Part shown: in pieces, positions 38,056 through 46,672 of the stretch
How positions within the stretch are numbered: position 1 is the first letter of the stretch
Layout of the letters: each line of letters starts with the position of its first letter
Translations under genes and position numbers: made by a program
Notes under the pieces: generated by a model
Database searches by the model: none
What the model saw: only the letters and a program-made list of their open reading frames with translations
Told to the model about the DNA's origin: nothing
Source of the DNA: Candidatus Pampinifervens sinense
Lineage (GTDB): Bacteria > Aquificota > Aquificia > Aquificales > Aquificaceae
Reading direction: 5' to 3'
Assembly: GCA_037927135.1 (NCBI GenBank)
Contig: JAXSPP010000001.1
Coordinates: 1 to 64,000, forward strand
DNA length: 64,000 bases

Positions 38056-38753
38056 CCCTTTATATCCTCCAGGTCCACAGGCTCCTTTTCAAAGACCTTA
38101 TAGCCGTTAAACATGGAAGTTAGCTCGCCATTTCTCTTTATCATCTCCTCTCTGATGACAAAGTAGACATGGAGTATGGCAAACACTATTATGATCCAAG
38201 CTACCCAATGGTGCCACATGTGCGCCATAAACTCACCACCAAGGAACCATATTACCCATCCAAAGAGAGAAGCCCAAAAGCCATCGGGCTTAGACATGCC
38301 GTACATGGCAAAACCTGTGATGATCATAAAGAGGAAGAGGAGGTAGACAAGGGGGTATACAGTCCTTGCGCATGCGTTCCTTATGTACTCGTTTCCCTCC
38401 TTGTCCTTCATAATAAGGGCATACTTTAGCGTCACCTCTTTTAGCCCTATCCAGTAATCCCTTCTCCAGAGAGGTGGAATGAATATCCTGTCCCTTTTGC
38501 TAAAGAGTGCTATTATGACCCTGAAGATAAAGCCCGATAGGAACACATAGCCTGCTATGAAATGGACCTTCCTTATAAAGTCCATGGTTATTCCCTTATC
38601 GTAGGCATAGGTGGCCTCGTAGCCCGTAGGTCCTAAAAAGAAGGGGTTGCCTATGTAAAGGCCTGTTATAAAAAGGGTAAGGATGGAAAGGAAGTTTACC
38701 CAGTGCCAAAGCCTAAGGCCTGGGCTAAAAACATAAATTCTTTTGGCTTCCAT
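38052..38753 (-). CDS. Ni/Fe-hydrogenase b-type cytochrome subunit
   Basis: RLWHWVN, VHFIAGY, MWHHWVAW..ILHVY, SMFNGYK. Confidence 0.94.
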   Translation of the reverse strand: MEAKRIYVFSPGLRLWHWVNFLSILTLFITGLYIGNPFFLGPTGYEATYAYDKGITMDFIRKVHFIAGYVFLSGFIFRVIIALFSKRDRIFIPPLWRRDYWIGLKEVTLKYALIMKDKEGNEYIRNACARTVYPLVYLLFLFMIITGFAMYGMSKPDGFWASLFGWVIWFLGGEFMAHMWHHWVAWIIIVFAILHVYFVIREEMIKRNGELTSMFNGYKVFEKEPVDLEDIKG

Positions 38754-38767
38754 GGTTTATACCTCCC

Positions 38768-40669
38768 TCAGTAGCAAGCTTGAGCTCCTTGAACCTTTAC
38801 CTCCACTATCTCCCTTCCTTCCGTATCATAAACATGGGTAGAGCATGCAAGGCATGGGTCAAAGGAGTGTATGCCTCTGAGAACTTCAAGGGGCTTGTCT
38901 ATAACCTTAACGGGTGTGTCCTTCATACATTCTTCAAAGGCTCCCTGTCCGCCCATGGGGTCCCTTGCACCGCCGTTCCATGTGGTAGGAACCACGCATT
39001 GGTAGTTGGCTATCTTGCCATCTTTTATGATGACCCAGTGTCCCAAAGCACCTCTTGGGGCTTCCGTAATTCCCACACCCTTTGCCTCTTTGGGCCATGT
39101 GGAGGGGTCCCACTTTTCCATGTTGGCAACAGATGTATCTCCAGCCTTTATGTTATCGTAGAGCTTTTTGAGGAAGTAAAGGTTCGCCGCAGCTCCCAGC
39201 TGGGCTTCCAAGCCCCTTGCGGCAGTCCTTCCCACCGTTGTAGGAAGCCACACATGGGGTGGCAACTCCAGCACCTTAGAGACAAAGTCTATCTGTCTTA
39301 CCACCATCTCATCCATCCAAGAGGGCTTTATATGTCCTTGCTTTACAGCTGTGTATGTCACTATATACCTTGCCAAGGGGCCCACTTCGCAGGGCTTTCC
39401 TCTCCACCTTGGAGACTTTATCCATGAATATTTGCCCTTCTCATCAAGGTACTTCCAATTGGTCTTTGTTCCCTCCTTTGGTCCTGTGTAATGAGGTTCT
39501 GTAATACCATCCCATGGGTGTAGGCCCTTGCTTTCGTCTGGGTACTTATACCAAGAGTGGGCCACAAACTCCTGTATTACGTTAGGGTCTGCAAAGTCCT
39601 TGCCTACAAGAGGATAGTATTTGGCCTTCTCCACACCCTCCGCAAAGTCTTCCACCACACCGTTGCAATGGTAAAGTATCTTGGTGTGGTAATCTCCTGT
39701 CTTTATTCCTTTGTAAGGTTCGTCGGGAAACTCTCCGTAGCCAATGACCCTTTTCTTTGCAAGGCCTCCTCCGTAGGTTTGTCCCTTTTGCACGTATATA
39801 TGCCCTATGGCAAGGAGGTCCACAAGGTAGAATAGGTTTACAGCCTCCACTTGTGTATATATGGAGTCTTCAACCACCGCAAGCCTTTCGGTGTTTATTG
39901 GTGCGTTCATATCGTTAAGAGATATGGAGCATGTCATGCCTCCTACCAGGTAGTGGGGGTGTGGGTTTTTACCTCCAAAGACAACTTGTGGTATAAATAG
40001 CTCCCTTTGGACATCAAGCATGTTAAGGTAGTGGGCCACAGCCATAAGGTGCACCTCTGGTGGTAATAGCTTGTAGTCTGGGTGGTCCCACCAATGGGCT
40101 GCAAATATGCCAAGCTGTCCACTTTCCACTATCTTCTTTATCTTCTCCTGGAAGGCTCTAAAGTAGCCGGGAGTTGCCTTTGGGAACTTCTTTGGATAGG
40201 CTCTATGCCCTATGGGGTCCGGCAGGAGGTCTCCAATGGCACCGTATTTTTCAAGAAGCTGGTTTTGTAAAACTGCCGTCTGAACCGGGTCCGCCTTTAG
40301 GGCCTCTATGGGGGATACCCAGTCAAGGGCATGAAGGTGGTAAAAGTGTACAAGGTGGTCATGAACCTGCAAAGACCCATGCATTATGTTCCTTATGTAG
40401 TTGGCATTCTTGGGGATTTGAATATCAAGGGCATCCTCTATGCACCTTACCGATGCCAAGGCATGGACAGAGGTACAAACACCGCATATCCTTTGGGCAA
40501 AAGCCCAAGCATCCCTTGGGTCCCTTCCTCTCAATATTAGCTCAATGCCTCTCCACATGGTGCCGGAGGAAAGGGCATCCACCACCTTACCGGTTTTTTC
40601 ATCCACTATGATCTCAATCCTTAGGTGCCCCTCAATCCTTGTTACTGGGTCAACTACAACCCTTGCCAT
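38768..40669 (-). CDS. Membrane-bound [NiFe] hydrogenase large subunit (group 1d)
   Basis: VDPVTRIEGHL, QRICGVCTSVH, SFDPCLACSTH plus 21-aa cleavable tail; AGGAGG upstream of ATG 40669. Confidence 0.96.
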   Translation of the reverse strand: MARVVVDPVTRIEGHLRIEIIVDEKTGKVVDALSSGTMWRGIELILRGRDPRDAWAFAQRICGVCTSVHALASVRCIEDALDIQIPKNANYIRNIMHGSLQVHDHLVHFYHLHALDWVSPIEALKADPVQTAVLQNQLLEKYGAIGDLLPDPIGHRAYPKKFPKATPGYFRAFQEKIKKIVESGQLGIFAAHWWDHPDYKLLPPEVHLMAVAHYLNMLDVQRELFIPQVVFGGKNPHPHYLVGGMTCSISLNDMNAPINTERLAVVEDSIYTQVEAVNLFYLVDLLAIGHIYVQKGQTYGGGLAKKRVIGYGEFPDEPYKGIKTGDYHTKILYHCNGVVEDFAEGVEKAKYYPLVGKDFADPNVIQEFVAHSWYKYPDESKGLHPWDGITEPHYTGPKEGTKTNWKYLDEKGKYSWIKSPRWRGKPCEVGPLARYIVTYTAVKQGHIKPSWMDEMVVRQIDFVSKVLELPPHVWLPTTVGRTAARGLEAQLGAAANLYFLKKLYDNIKAGDTSVANMEKWDPSTWPKEAKGVGITEAPRGALGHWVIIKDGKIANYQCVVPTTWNGGARDPMGGQGAFEECMKDTPVKVIDKPLEVLRGIHSFDPCLACSTHVYDTEGREIVEVKVQGAQACY

Positions 40670-40684
40670 GTCTATCACCTCCTT

Positions 40685-41731
40685 TTATTTGTTTCTTACT
40701 TTGGACAAAATACCATGGGCAACAGCACCCGCAGCTGCCGCAACTGCAAGGGTGGCACCCACCTTATCTGGGCTTGCTTCCACCTTTGGCACTGGTATGT
40801 TGGTAAGCCTTTCGTAGAAGGGCCCGTTGTCCCAGAAGTTCTCCTCCGCACAGCCTATGCAACCATGGCCAGCCTGTATGGGATAAGAGAGACCATTGTA
40901 CCAGCGTATATTGCCGCAGGAGTTGTAAGTGGTTGGACCTCTGCATCCCACCTTATATAGGCACCAGCCCTTTTTGGCTCCATCATCGTCAAACCTTTCC
41001 ACAAACTGACCCGCATTAAAGAAGGCTCTCCTGTAGCATGTATCGTGTATCCTGTTTCCATAAAACTGCTTTGGCCTACCTTGAGAGTCCAGAGGTGGTA
41101 TGCTATCAAAAAGGACAAGGTGCATGATAACACCCGTCATAACCTCCGCTATGGGTGGGCATCCGGGGACCTTTATTATGGGCTTGTCCGTTATAACCTT
41201 GTGTATGGGGACTGCAGTGGTTGGGTTTGGCTTTGCGGCCTGCACACATCCCCAGCTGGCACAAGAACCCCAAGCGATTACAGCCTTGGCCCCCTTTGCC
41301 GTCTCTTTAAGTATTTCTACAAAGGGCCTTCCGCCTACAATGCAGTACATTCCATCCTCACCCAAAGGTGGATTTCCCTCAACGGCGAGGATATATTTCC
41401 CCCAATACTTTTTCATGATCTCTTCTCTATGTCTTTCTATGGCATCGCCTGCGGCAGCCGATAGAGTATCATCGTATTCAAGGGATATCATGGAAAGCAA
41501 TACATCGGAGGCAAGGGGGGTTGCGGACCTTATAAAGGACTCAGAACAGCAGGTGCATTCAAGCCCATGCAACCAAAGGACGGGAACTCTGGGCTTTGTC
41601 TCCAAGGCTCTTACCACCTCTGGTATCATGGAGGGTGAAAGGCCCATAAGGCCGGTTATGGCTGTGGCAAACCTCAAAAAGTCCCTCCGGCTTACGCCGT
41701 GCCTTTTGAAAGCCTCCCAAAAGGTCTCCAT
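40685..41731 (-). CDS. Membrane-bound [NiFe] hydrogenase small subunit, Tat-exported, O2-tolerant 6-Cys type
   Basis: SRRDFLR Tat motif, ECTCCSES and [10 protein letters not shown] supernumerary cysteines, C-terminal TM anchor with His. Confidence 0.96.
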   Translation of the reverse strand: METFWEAFKRHGVSRRDFLRFATAITGLMGLSPSMIPEVVRALETKPRVPVLWLHGLECTCCSESFIRSATPLASDVLLSMISLEYDDTLSAAAGDAIERHREEIMKKYWGKYILAVEGNPPLGEDGMYCIVGGRPFVEILKETAKGAKAVIAWGSCASWGCVQAAKPNPTTAVPIHKVITDKPIIKVPGCPPIAEVMTGVIMHLVLFDSIPPLDSQGRPKQFYGNRIHDTCYRRAFFNAGQFVERFDDDGAKKGWCLYKVGCRGPTTYNSCGNIRWYNGLSYPIQAGHGCIGCAEENFWDNGPFYERLTNIPVPKVEASPDKVGATLAVAAAAGAVAHGILSKVRNK

Positions 41732-41749
41732 AGTTAGCACCTCCTTGAT

Positions 41750-41763
41750 TGAATGTTAATTCA
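41750..41763. promoter_or_regulatory. Operator-like palindrome TGAAT-N4-ATTCA at the MBH operon start region
   Basis: TGAATGTTAATTCA between the -10 box and the SD on the minus strand. Confidence 0.6.
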
Positions 41764-41764
41764 T

Positions 41765-41794
41765 AATTTAGCATAGACCCTTTCCATGTGTCAA
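41765..41794 (-). promoter_or_regulatory. Sigma70-type promoter of the membrane-bound hydrogenase operon
   Basis: TTGACA (41794-41789), 18 bp, TGc-TAAATT (41770-41765). Confidence 0.65.
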
Positions 41795-41801
41795 CGATGA
41801 A

Positions 41802-41824
41802 TTTCTTATAGGACCTATAAGAAA
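41802..41824. promoter_or_regulatory. 23-bp palindrome TTTCTTATAGG-A-CCTATAAGAAA between divergent promoters
   Basis: Perfect 11-bp arms; CTTATA-N5-TATAAG core recurs at 51956-51972. Confidence 0.6.
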
Positions 41825-41853
41825 GTCTTATGGTCCTCTTCCTTTAAAACAGC

Positions 41854-41882
41854 TTGACAATTGAACAATTATTCATTAATAT
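41854..41882 (+). promoter_or_regulatory. Sigma70-type promoter of the nickel uptake operon with operator TGAACAATTATTCA in the spacer
   Basis: TTGACA 41854-41859, 17 bp, TAATAT 41877-41882; palindrome 41862-41875; AGGAGG downstream. Confidence 0.65.
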
Positions 41883-41903
41883 TTTCCCTGCAGGAGGGCT
41901 TTT

Positions 41904-42584
41904 ATGATAGCTTTAATTTTCTTGCTAACCTTTTCCCTCTGCCTTGCCCATGACCTTTGGCTGGAAAAAAGAGAGGGTAAAATGGTGCTTTATTATGGCC
42001 ATCTTGACCCAAAGCCAGGAGAGGAAAAGTTCATAAAATACAAGGCAGAAAACGTATTAAAGGCGCTTTGCTTTAATAAGGAAGGGAATGGGATGAAAGT
42101 GGCCATAAAGGAGGACTATCCCTTTTCCTTTCCTATGGCTTGCTCCGCCTATTATGTGCTTTTTTCCACAGGCTATTGGACCAAAGGAGTGCAAGGTCTT
42201 AAAAACCTACCAAAGGATAGAGTGGAAAGCCCTTTGGAAAGTTGGATCTCTTATGAAAGCGTAAAAAGGATAGAGGAGTGGTCGGAGGCCTTCAAAAGGC
42301 CCCTAACGGAGGACCTTGAGATAGTGCCTTTGGAAGACCCTTTTAACCTTAAGCTATATGATAAGGTAAGGCTTAGGGTTTATTACAGGGGAAAGCCTGT
42401 TAAAGGTGTGGTGGTCCTTCATAACAACCATATAGCTGGCACAACGGAGGAAGACGGCGGTATAAACATAAGGATAAAGGGGAAGGGCCTTCAAAGGATA
42501 AGCACTTCCATAAAGGAAAGGGCGGATGGCATAAAGGCGGATTACATCATTAAAAGCACAAGCCTTATCTTTGAGGTAAGATGA
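41904..42584 (+). CDS. DUF4198-like periplasmic nickel-uptake-associated protein
   Basis: Signal peptide then HDLWLE, YYGH, LEIVPLEDP, RVYYRGKP. Confidence 0.8.
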   Translation: MIALIFLLTFSLCLAHDLWLEKREGKMVLYYGHLDPKPGEEKFIKYKAENVLKALCFNKEGNGMKVAIKEDYPFSFPMACSAYYVLFSTGYWTKGVQGLKNLPKDRVESPLESWISYESVKRIEEWSEAFKRPLTEDLEIVPLEDPFNLKLYDKVRLRVYYRGKPVKGVVVLHNNHIAGTTEEDGGINIRIKGKGLQRISTSIKERADGIKADYIIKSTSLIFEVR

Positions 42585-42997
42585 TGTTTTTTGCCGGCGT
42601 TTTACTAAGCTTTGCCTTCCTCTTTGCCCATGACCTTGAACACACCATACGTAGAGAAGGGAACTGTGTGGTGGTTAGCTTTTTCTTCCCGGATGGTAGC
42701 AAGTTCTCTTATGAGGAGTATAAGGTGTATAAGGAGGGGGAAAAGGTGCCCTTCCAGATAGGTAGGACGGATGCCCTTGGGAGGGTGGTTTTCTGTCCAA
42801 GAGAAGGGGGTTTATGGACGGTTATAACCTACTCAGAGGATGGCCATGGTGCGCAGGTAAAGATAAGCTTTGAGGAGAAGGGCCTTAAGGAGGAGAAGAA
42901 CCTCTTGGAGAGGTATGGAAGGGTGTTGGCAGGCTTAGGATGGCTTTTGGGAATATTTGGGCTTTTGGAAATATACCTTAAGAGGGCAAAAGGATGA
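42581..42997 (+). CDS. NikL/CbiL-like ECF accessory component
   Basis: Signal peptide then HDLEH, GRTDALGRVVF, DGHG, C-terminal TM GLGWLLGIFG. Confidence 0.75.
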   Translation: MMFFAGVLLSFAFLFAHDLEHTIRREGNCVVVSFFFPDGSKFSYEEYKVYKEGEKVPFQIGRTDALGRVVFCPREGGLWTVITYSEDGHGAQVKISFEEKGLKEEKNLLERYGRVLAGLGWLLGIFGLLEIYLKRAKG

Positions 42998-44022
42998 AAA
43001 AGGTGCTGGTAGTATCTACCTTAGCTGTAGGCCTTTCTTTTGCTCACCATGGCGTTGCCTCTTTGGGTAGCGTTGGCTTGGAAGGCCCTGGCGCACCCCT
43101 TGAAACCTCAAGCTCTGCCACCCTTCCAGAAGGTAAATGGCTCCTCTACCTTAAGCTTGACCATGTCAAATGGAAAAGGTACAGCTTTTCAGAGTTTCCA
43201 GACCAAAAGGACAGCTATCACTTTTGGACCTACGGCATAGGCTATGGTCTAAGGCCATGGCTCTCCCTTTACCTTTTCATCCCCTACTACACAAAAAAGG
43301 AGATAAAATCAAAGGATGGTGGCTTTTATTCCTACACCAACTCGGGCTTTGCGGACCTATCCCTCATGGCTGTCTTTGGCTTTAAGTACGATAAAGGCTT
43401 TAAGCTTGTTCCAAGACAGGAAAGCCTTGATGACCTTATGGACTGGCATTTTACCCTATACGGTGGTATATCTTTACCAACGGGCAACCCTAATAAGTAT
43501 GACAGGTCAAGGGATCCAAAGGGAGAATTTGAACCCGATATGTCCACAGGCTTTGGCAAGCCTTCCATAAGACTGGGCTTTACGGCAACGAAACAACTCG
43601 TCAGATTTCCAAGGCTTACCTTTGTCTTTGACACGAACTACATAAAGTTCTTTGAACACACCTATAACTACACAGAAGATGGAAGAAGGAAAAAATACAA
43701 GTTTGGCGATGAGTTCCGACTAAATACGGCCTTGGCCTACAGGTTTTATGAAGACATGGATAGAAAACTACGTTTGGATGCACTCTTGGAGGCCAATTTT
43801 CAACATAATCAAAGAGACAAGGAGGATGGAGTCAAGCAGAGTGCTTCTGGTGGTAGCATACTCTACGGAGTGGGTGGAATCAGGCTTTATTACAAAAGCA
43901 TGTCCCTTGGTGCCGGCATAAAGGTCCCCCTATGGAAGAGGCTAAATGAAGAAGGCCAACAGCAAGGTTCAGAAGGTAAGGAAAGCTACAGGTTTATCCT
44001 TACCCTTTCCACCCTTTTTTAG
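42994..44022 (+). CDS. Putative outer-membrane beta-barrel transporter in the nickel uptake operon
   Basis: Signal peptide then HHGVA, alternating aromatic beta-strands, GFADLSL and LPTG motifs, C-terminal Phe. Confidence 0.7.
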   Translation: MKKVLVVSTLAVGLSFAHHGVASLGSVGLEGPGAPLETSSSATLPEGKWLLYLKLDHVKWKRYSFSEFPDQKDSYHFWTYGIGYGLRPWLSLYLFIPYYTKKEIKSKDGGFYSYTNSGFADLSLMAVFGFKYDKGFKLVPRQESLDDLMDWHFTLYGGISLPTGNPNKYDRSRDPKGEFEPDMSTGFGKPSIRLGFTATKQLVRFPRLTFVFDTNYIKFFEHTYNYTEDGRRKKYKFGDEFRLNTALAYRFYEDMDRKLRLDALLEANFQHNQRDKEDGVKQSASGGSILYGVGGIRLYYKSMSLGAGIKVPLWKRLNEEGQQQGSEGKESYRFILTLSTLF

Positions 44023-44031
44023 GAGGCTTGC

Positions 44032-44667
44032 ATGCATATACCCGATGGCTTTTTGGCTCCGCAGGTCTACATACCAGCCTACCTTGTAGATATAGGCCTT
44101 TTGTTTTATGCCTTCAAGAGGTTTAAAAAGAACCTAAAAGAGGAAACGATACCCTATTTGGCATCCCTGTCTGCCTTCTCTTTTATCATCATGTCCATAG
44201 CCATACCTTTGCCCGGTGGCACTTCCGTGCATGGCCTTGGTGTGGCAAGCCTTTCTTTACTCTTTGGCCCATGGACAGCCTTCCTCTCCATATCCTTGGT
44301 CCTTTTCCTACAGGCTACCATCTTTGGAGAAGGTGGTATAACAAGCTTTCCCATAAACTCCCTATCCATAGCCTTTTTAGGAAGCCTTTGTGCCTACTAT
44401 ACCTATCTCATCGCCAAAAGATACCTTGAGGATAAAGCCTCCCTTTTCCTTTCTGGCTTTTTATCAACCTTAATGTCTGCCTTTGCTGTAGCCCTTGTGC
44501 TTGGCATACATCCCTACCTGTTCAAAGACACCTTTGGAAAGCCCCTTTACTTCCCTTTCAAGCTATCTTTGGTCCTTCCCGCCGTGCTTTTCCCACATAT
44601 CCTTGTGGGCATAGGAGAGGGCATACTCACCATAATAATCCTTAGGGCCTTGAGGGGTAGGATATGA
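44032..44667 (+). CDS. cbiM: ECF Ni/Co transporter substrate component NikM/CbiM
   Basis: MHIPDGFL, PGGTSVH, LQA.IFGEGGIT, HILVGIGEG. Confidence 0.93.
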   Translation: MHIPDGFLAPQVYIPAYLVDIGLLFYAFKRFKKNLKEETIPYLASLSAFSFIIMSIAIPLPGGTSVHGLGVASLSLLFGPWTAFLSISLVLFLQATIFGEGGITSFPINSLSIAFLGSLCAYYTYLIAKRYLEDKASLFLSGFLSTLMSAFAVALVLGIHPYLFKDTFGKPLYFPFKLSLVLPAVLFPHILVGIGEGILTIIILRALRGRI

Positions 44668-45215
44668 GGGATAAGTTATTAATGCTTTTATACTTGTTTT
44701 GCCTCTTATACCTGTCCTTTTCCAGCCATATTTACACGCTTTTGATAGCTTTAGTCCTCTTGCTTGTGTTTTTGATACTGTCCCCCATAGAGAAAAAGCT
44801 AAAGCTTTTAAAGCATGCCTTCTTATCCTTTTCCCTTTTTAGCTTTTTCATATCCTTTTCCTATCTTCTTTTTAATCAAAAAGCCCTTGATTACTTTTTG
44901 ATGATAAACCTCAGGTCCTTTGACCTTAGCCTTCTCACCTTTATATTTTTAAGGATGGTTAACCTTTATAGGGCCTTTGATTTTTCAAAGACTTTAAGCT
45001 TTTTGCTTGTTATGGCTGTTGGCAATGCCATAACTTACAATAGACTTTTAAAGGACTTCAAAGATGCCATAAGGAGTAGGACCTTACAAAAACCCGAAAG
45101 GAAAACTCTTGTAGCCTTTACCAAAAGGTTGTCCCTTTTCTTTTTTGAAAAGTCTATAAATACATCAAGGGAAGTCCAGGAGGCCATGAGGTCAAGGGGG
45201 TTTTATAATGATTGA
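44664..45215 (+). CDS. ECF transporter T component (NikQ/CbiQ)
   Basis: Hydrophobic protein with AIRSR and AMRSRGF motifs. Confidence 0.85.
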   Translation: MRDKLLMLLYLFCLLYLSFSSHIYTLLIALVLLLVFLILSPIEKKLKLLKHAFLSFSLFSFFISFSYLLFNQKALDYFLMINLRSFDLSLLTFIFLRMVNLYRAFDFSKTLSFLLVMAVGNAITYNRLLKDFKDAIRSRTLQKPERKTLVAFTKRLSLFFFEKSINTSREVQEAMRSRGFYND

Positions 45216-45924
45216 ACTGAGGAATGTCTATTACAGCTACAACGGAGAGGATGTTTTAAGGGATATAAGCTTTAAAATCTTTGAGGGTGATAGGGTAGTT
45301 TTACTTGGGCCAAACGGGTCTGGGAAGACCACCCTTTTGAAGATACTAAACGGCCTTCTCTTTCCCAAAAGGGGCACATACTTTTACAAGGGCATAGAGA
45401 TAAAGGAAAAGACTCTGAGGGATAAAAATATAAACAGATGGTTTAGAAAAGAAGTGGTATTACTCTTTCAAAACCCAGAGGTGATGCTTTTTAATCCTAC
45501 CGTTTACGATGAGATAGCCTTTGGCCTAAGACAGTTGGGGATGGAGGAGAAGATGATAAAAGAAGAAGTATTTTACTGGGCCGAAAGGCTTGACCTTATG
45601 CCTTTCCTCAATAGGCCACCCTATGAACTAAGCGGGGGCCAAAAACAGAGGCTATGCCTTGCATGCCTACTTGCCCTAAGGCCTAAGGTGCTTCTCCTTG
45701 ATGAACCAACGGCCAACTTGGACCTCAAAACTACCCAATTGTTGATAGAACTCCTTTGGGATATGGAGATTACCAGCCTTGTGGCCACAAACAACCTAAA
45801 CCTTGTGCAAGACCTTGGAAATAAGCTTTTGGTCCTAGGAGAGGACCACACAATCCTATACTACGGAGAGATGAAAGACTTTTTGGAGGACAAGGATATG
45901 CTTATAAAGGCTGGACTCTTGTAG
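45208..45924 (+). CDS. ECF transporter ATPase (NikO/CbiO)
   Basis: GPNGSGKTT, FQNPE, LSGGQKQR, LLLDEPTANLD. Confidence 0.92.
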   Translation: MIELRNVYYSYNGEDVLRDISFKIFEGDRVVLLGPNGSGKTTLLKILNGLLFPKRGTYFYKGIEIKEKTLRDKNINRWFRKEVVLLFQNPEVMLFNPTVYDEIAFGLRQLGMEEKMIKEEVFYWAERLDLMPFLNRPPYELSGGQKQRLCLACLLALRPKVLLLDEPTANLDLKTTQLLIELLWDMEITSLVATNNLNLVQDLGNKLLVLGEDHTILYYGEMKDFLEDKDMLIKAGLL

Positions 45925-45949
45925 AGAGGCACAATATATAATAGAAGGG

Positions 45950-46672
45950 ATGCACTATAAAAAGTATGTCTATAAGCTTTCGCCAGAGGACTTTTATCAG
46001 TTTTTAATTGATTACGGAAGAGGCGTGGAGGTGATCTCTGAAGGTGAGTCCTTTGTAGAGTTTGCCCTCTATGAACCCGTTGAGGGTCTTGAGCCTTTGA
46101 AAGTTTTAGAAGTTGAAGTTATACCACCTCAGAAGGCCTTTAGGCCTGTGAAAGTAAAGGATATTATGGTTTTGCCCTCTTGGATAAAGCCTGTGGTAAT
46201 AAGGCAGGGTGTGGCCTTTGGCACGGGTCTGCATCCCACCACCAAGCTATGCCTTTATCTTATGCAGGAGTTTTTAAAGGAGGGCTGGTCCCTTTTGGAT
46301 GTGGGCACTGGCACTGGCATTCTGGCCATAGCGGGCAAAAGGCTAGGAGCGGGTAGGGTTTTGGCCATTGACATAGACCCACAGGCCACAGAAGAATGCA
46401 TACATAACAGCAAAGAAAACTGTGTGGATATAGAGTGCCTTCAAGCGGAACCAAAGGACATAAAAGAGGCCTTTGACCTTCTGGTGGCAAACCTTGAACT
46501 GGAGATATTCAAAAGAGAGCTGGAACATCTTAAAAACCTCTTTAAAAGGGTGGCCATCTTCTCCGGCATATATGGAAAGGAAGAGCTAAAGGAGTTTTTA
46601 AAGATGCTTGATGTTAAACCTGTTAAAATTAAAAGGCTGGAAAACTGGTATGGTGTGGTGGTCAAAAGATGA
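45950..46672 (+). CDS. prmA: Ribosomal protein L11 methyltransferase
   Basis: AFGTGLHPTT.LCL, LDVGTGTGILAI, DIDPQA, LVANL. Confidence 0.92.
   Translation: MHYKKYVYKLSPEDFYQFLIDYGRGVEVISEGESFVEFALYEPVEGLEPLKVLEVEVIPPQKAFRPVKVKDIMVLPSWIKPVVIRQGVAFGTGLHPTTKLCLYLMQEFLKEGWSLLDVGTGTGILAIAGKRLGAGRVLAIDIDPQATEECIHNSKENCVDIECLQAEPKDIKEAFDLLVANLELEIFKRELEHLKNLFKRVAIFSGIYGKEELKEFLKMLDVKPVKIKRLENWYGVVVKR

Noticed and set aside
38780-41759. Long antisense ORFs (215 aa, 219 aa and others) opposite the hydrogenase genes
   Set aside because: Shadow ORFs of strongly biased coding sequence with no recognisable motifs; the same applies to the other short nested ORFs in the track.
44032-45924. Cobalamin riboswitch or cobalt-specific role for the CbiMQO-like genes
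   Set aside because: No room or motif for a B12 riboswitch in the short leader; hydrogenase context favours nickel.
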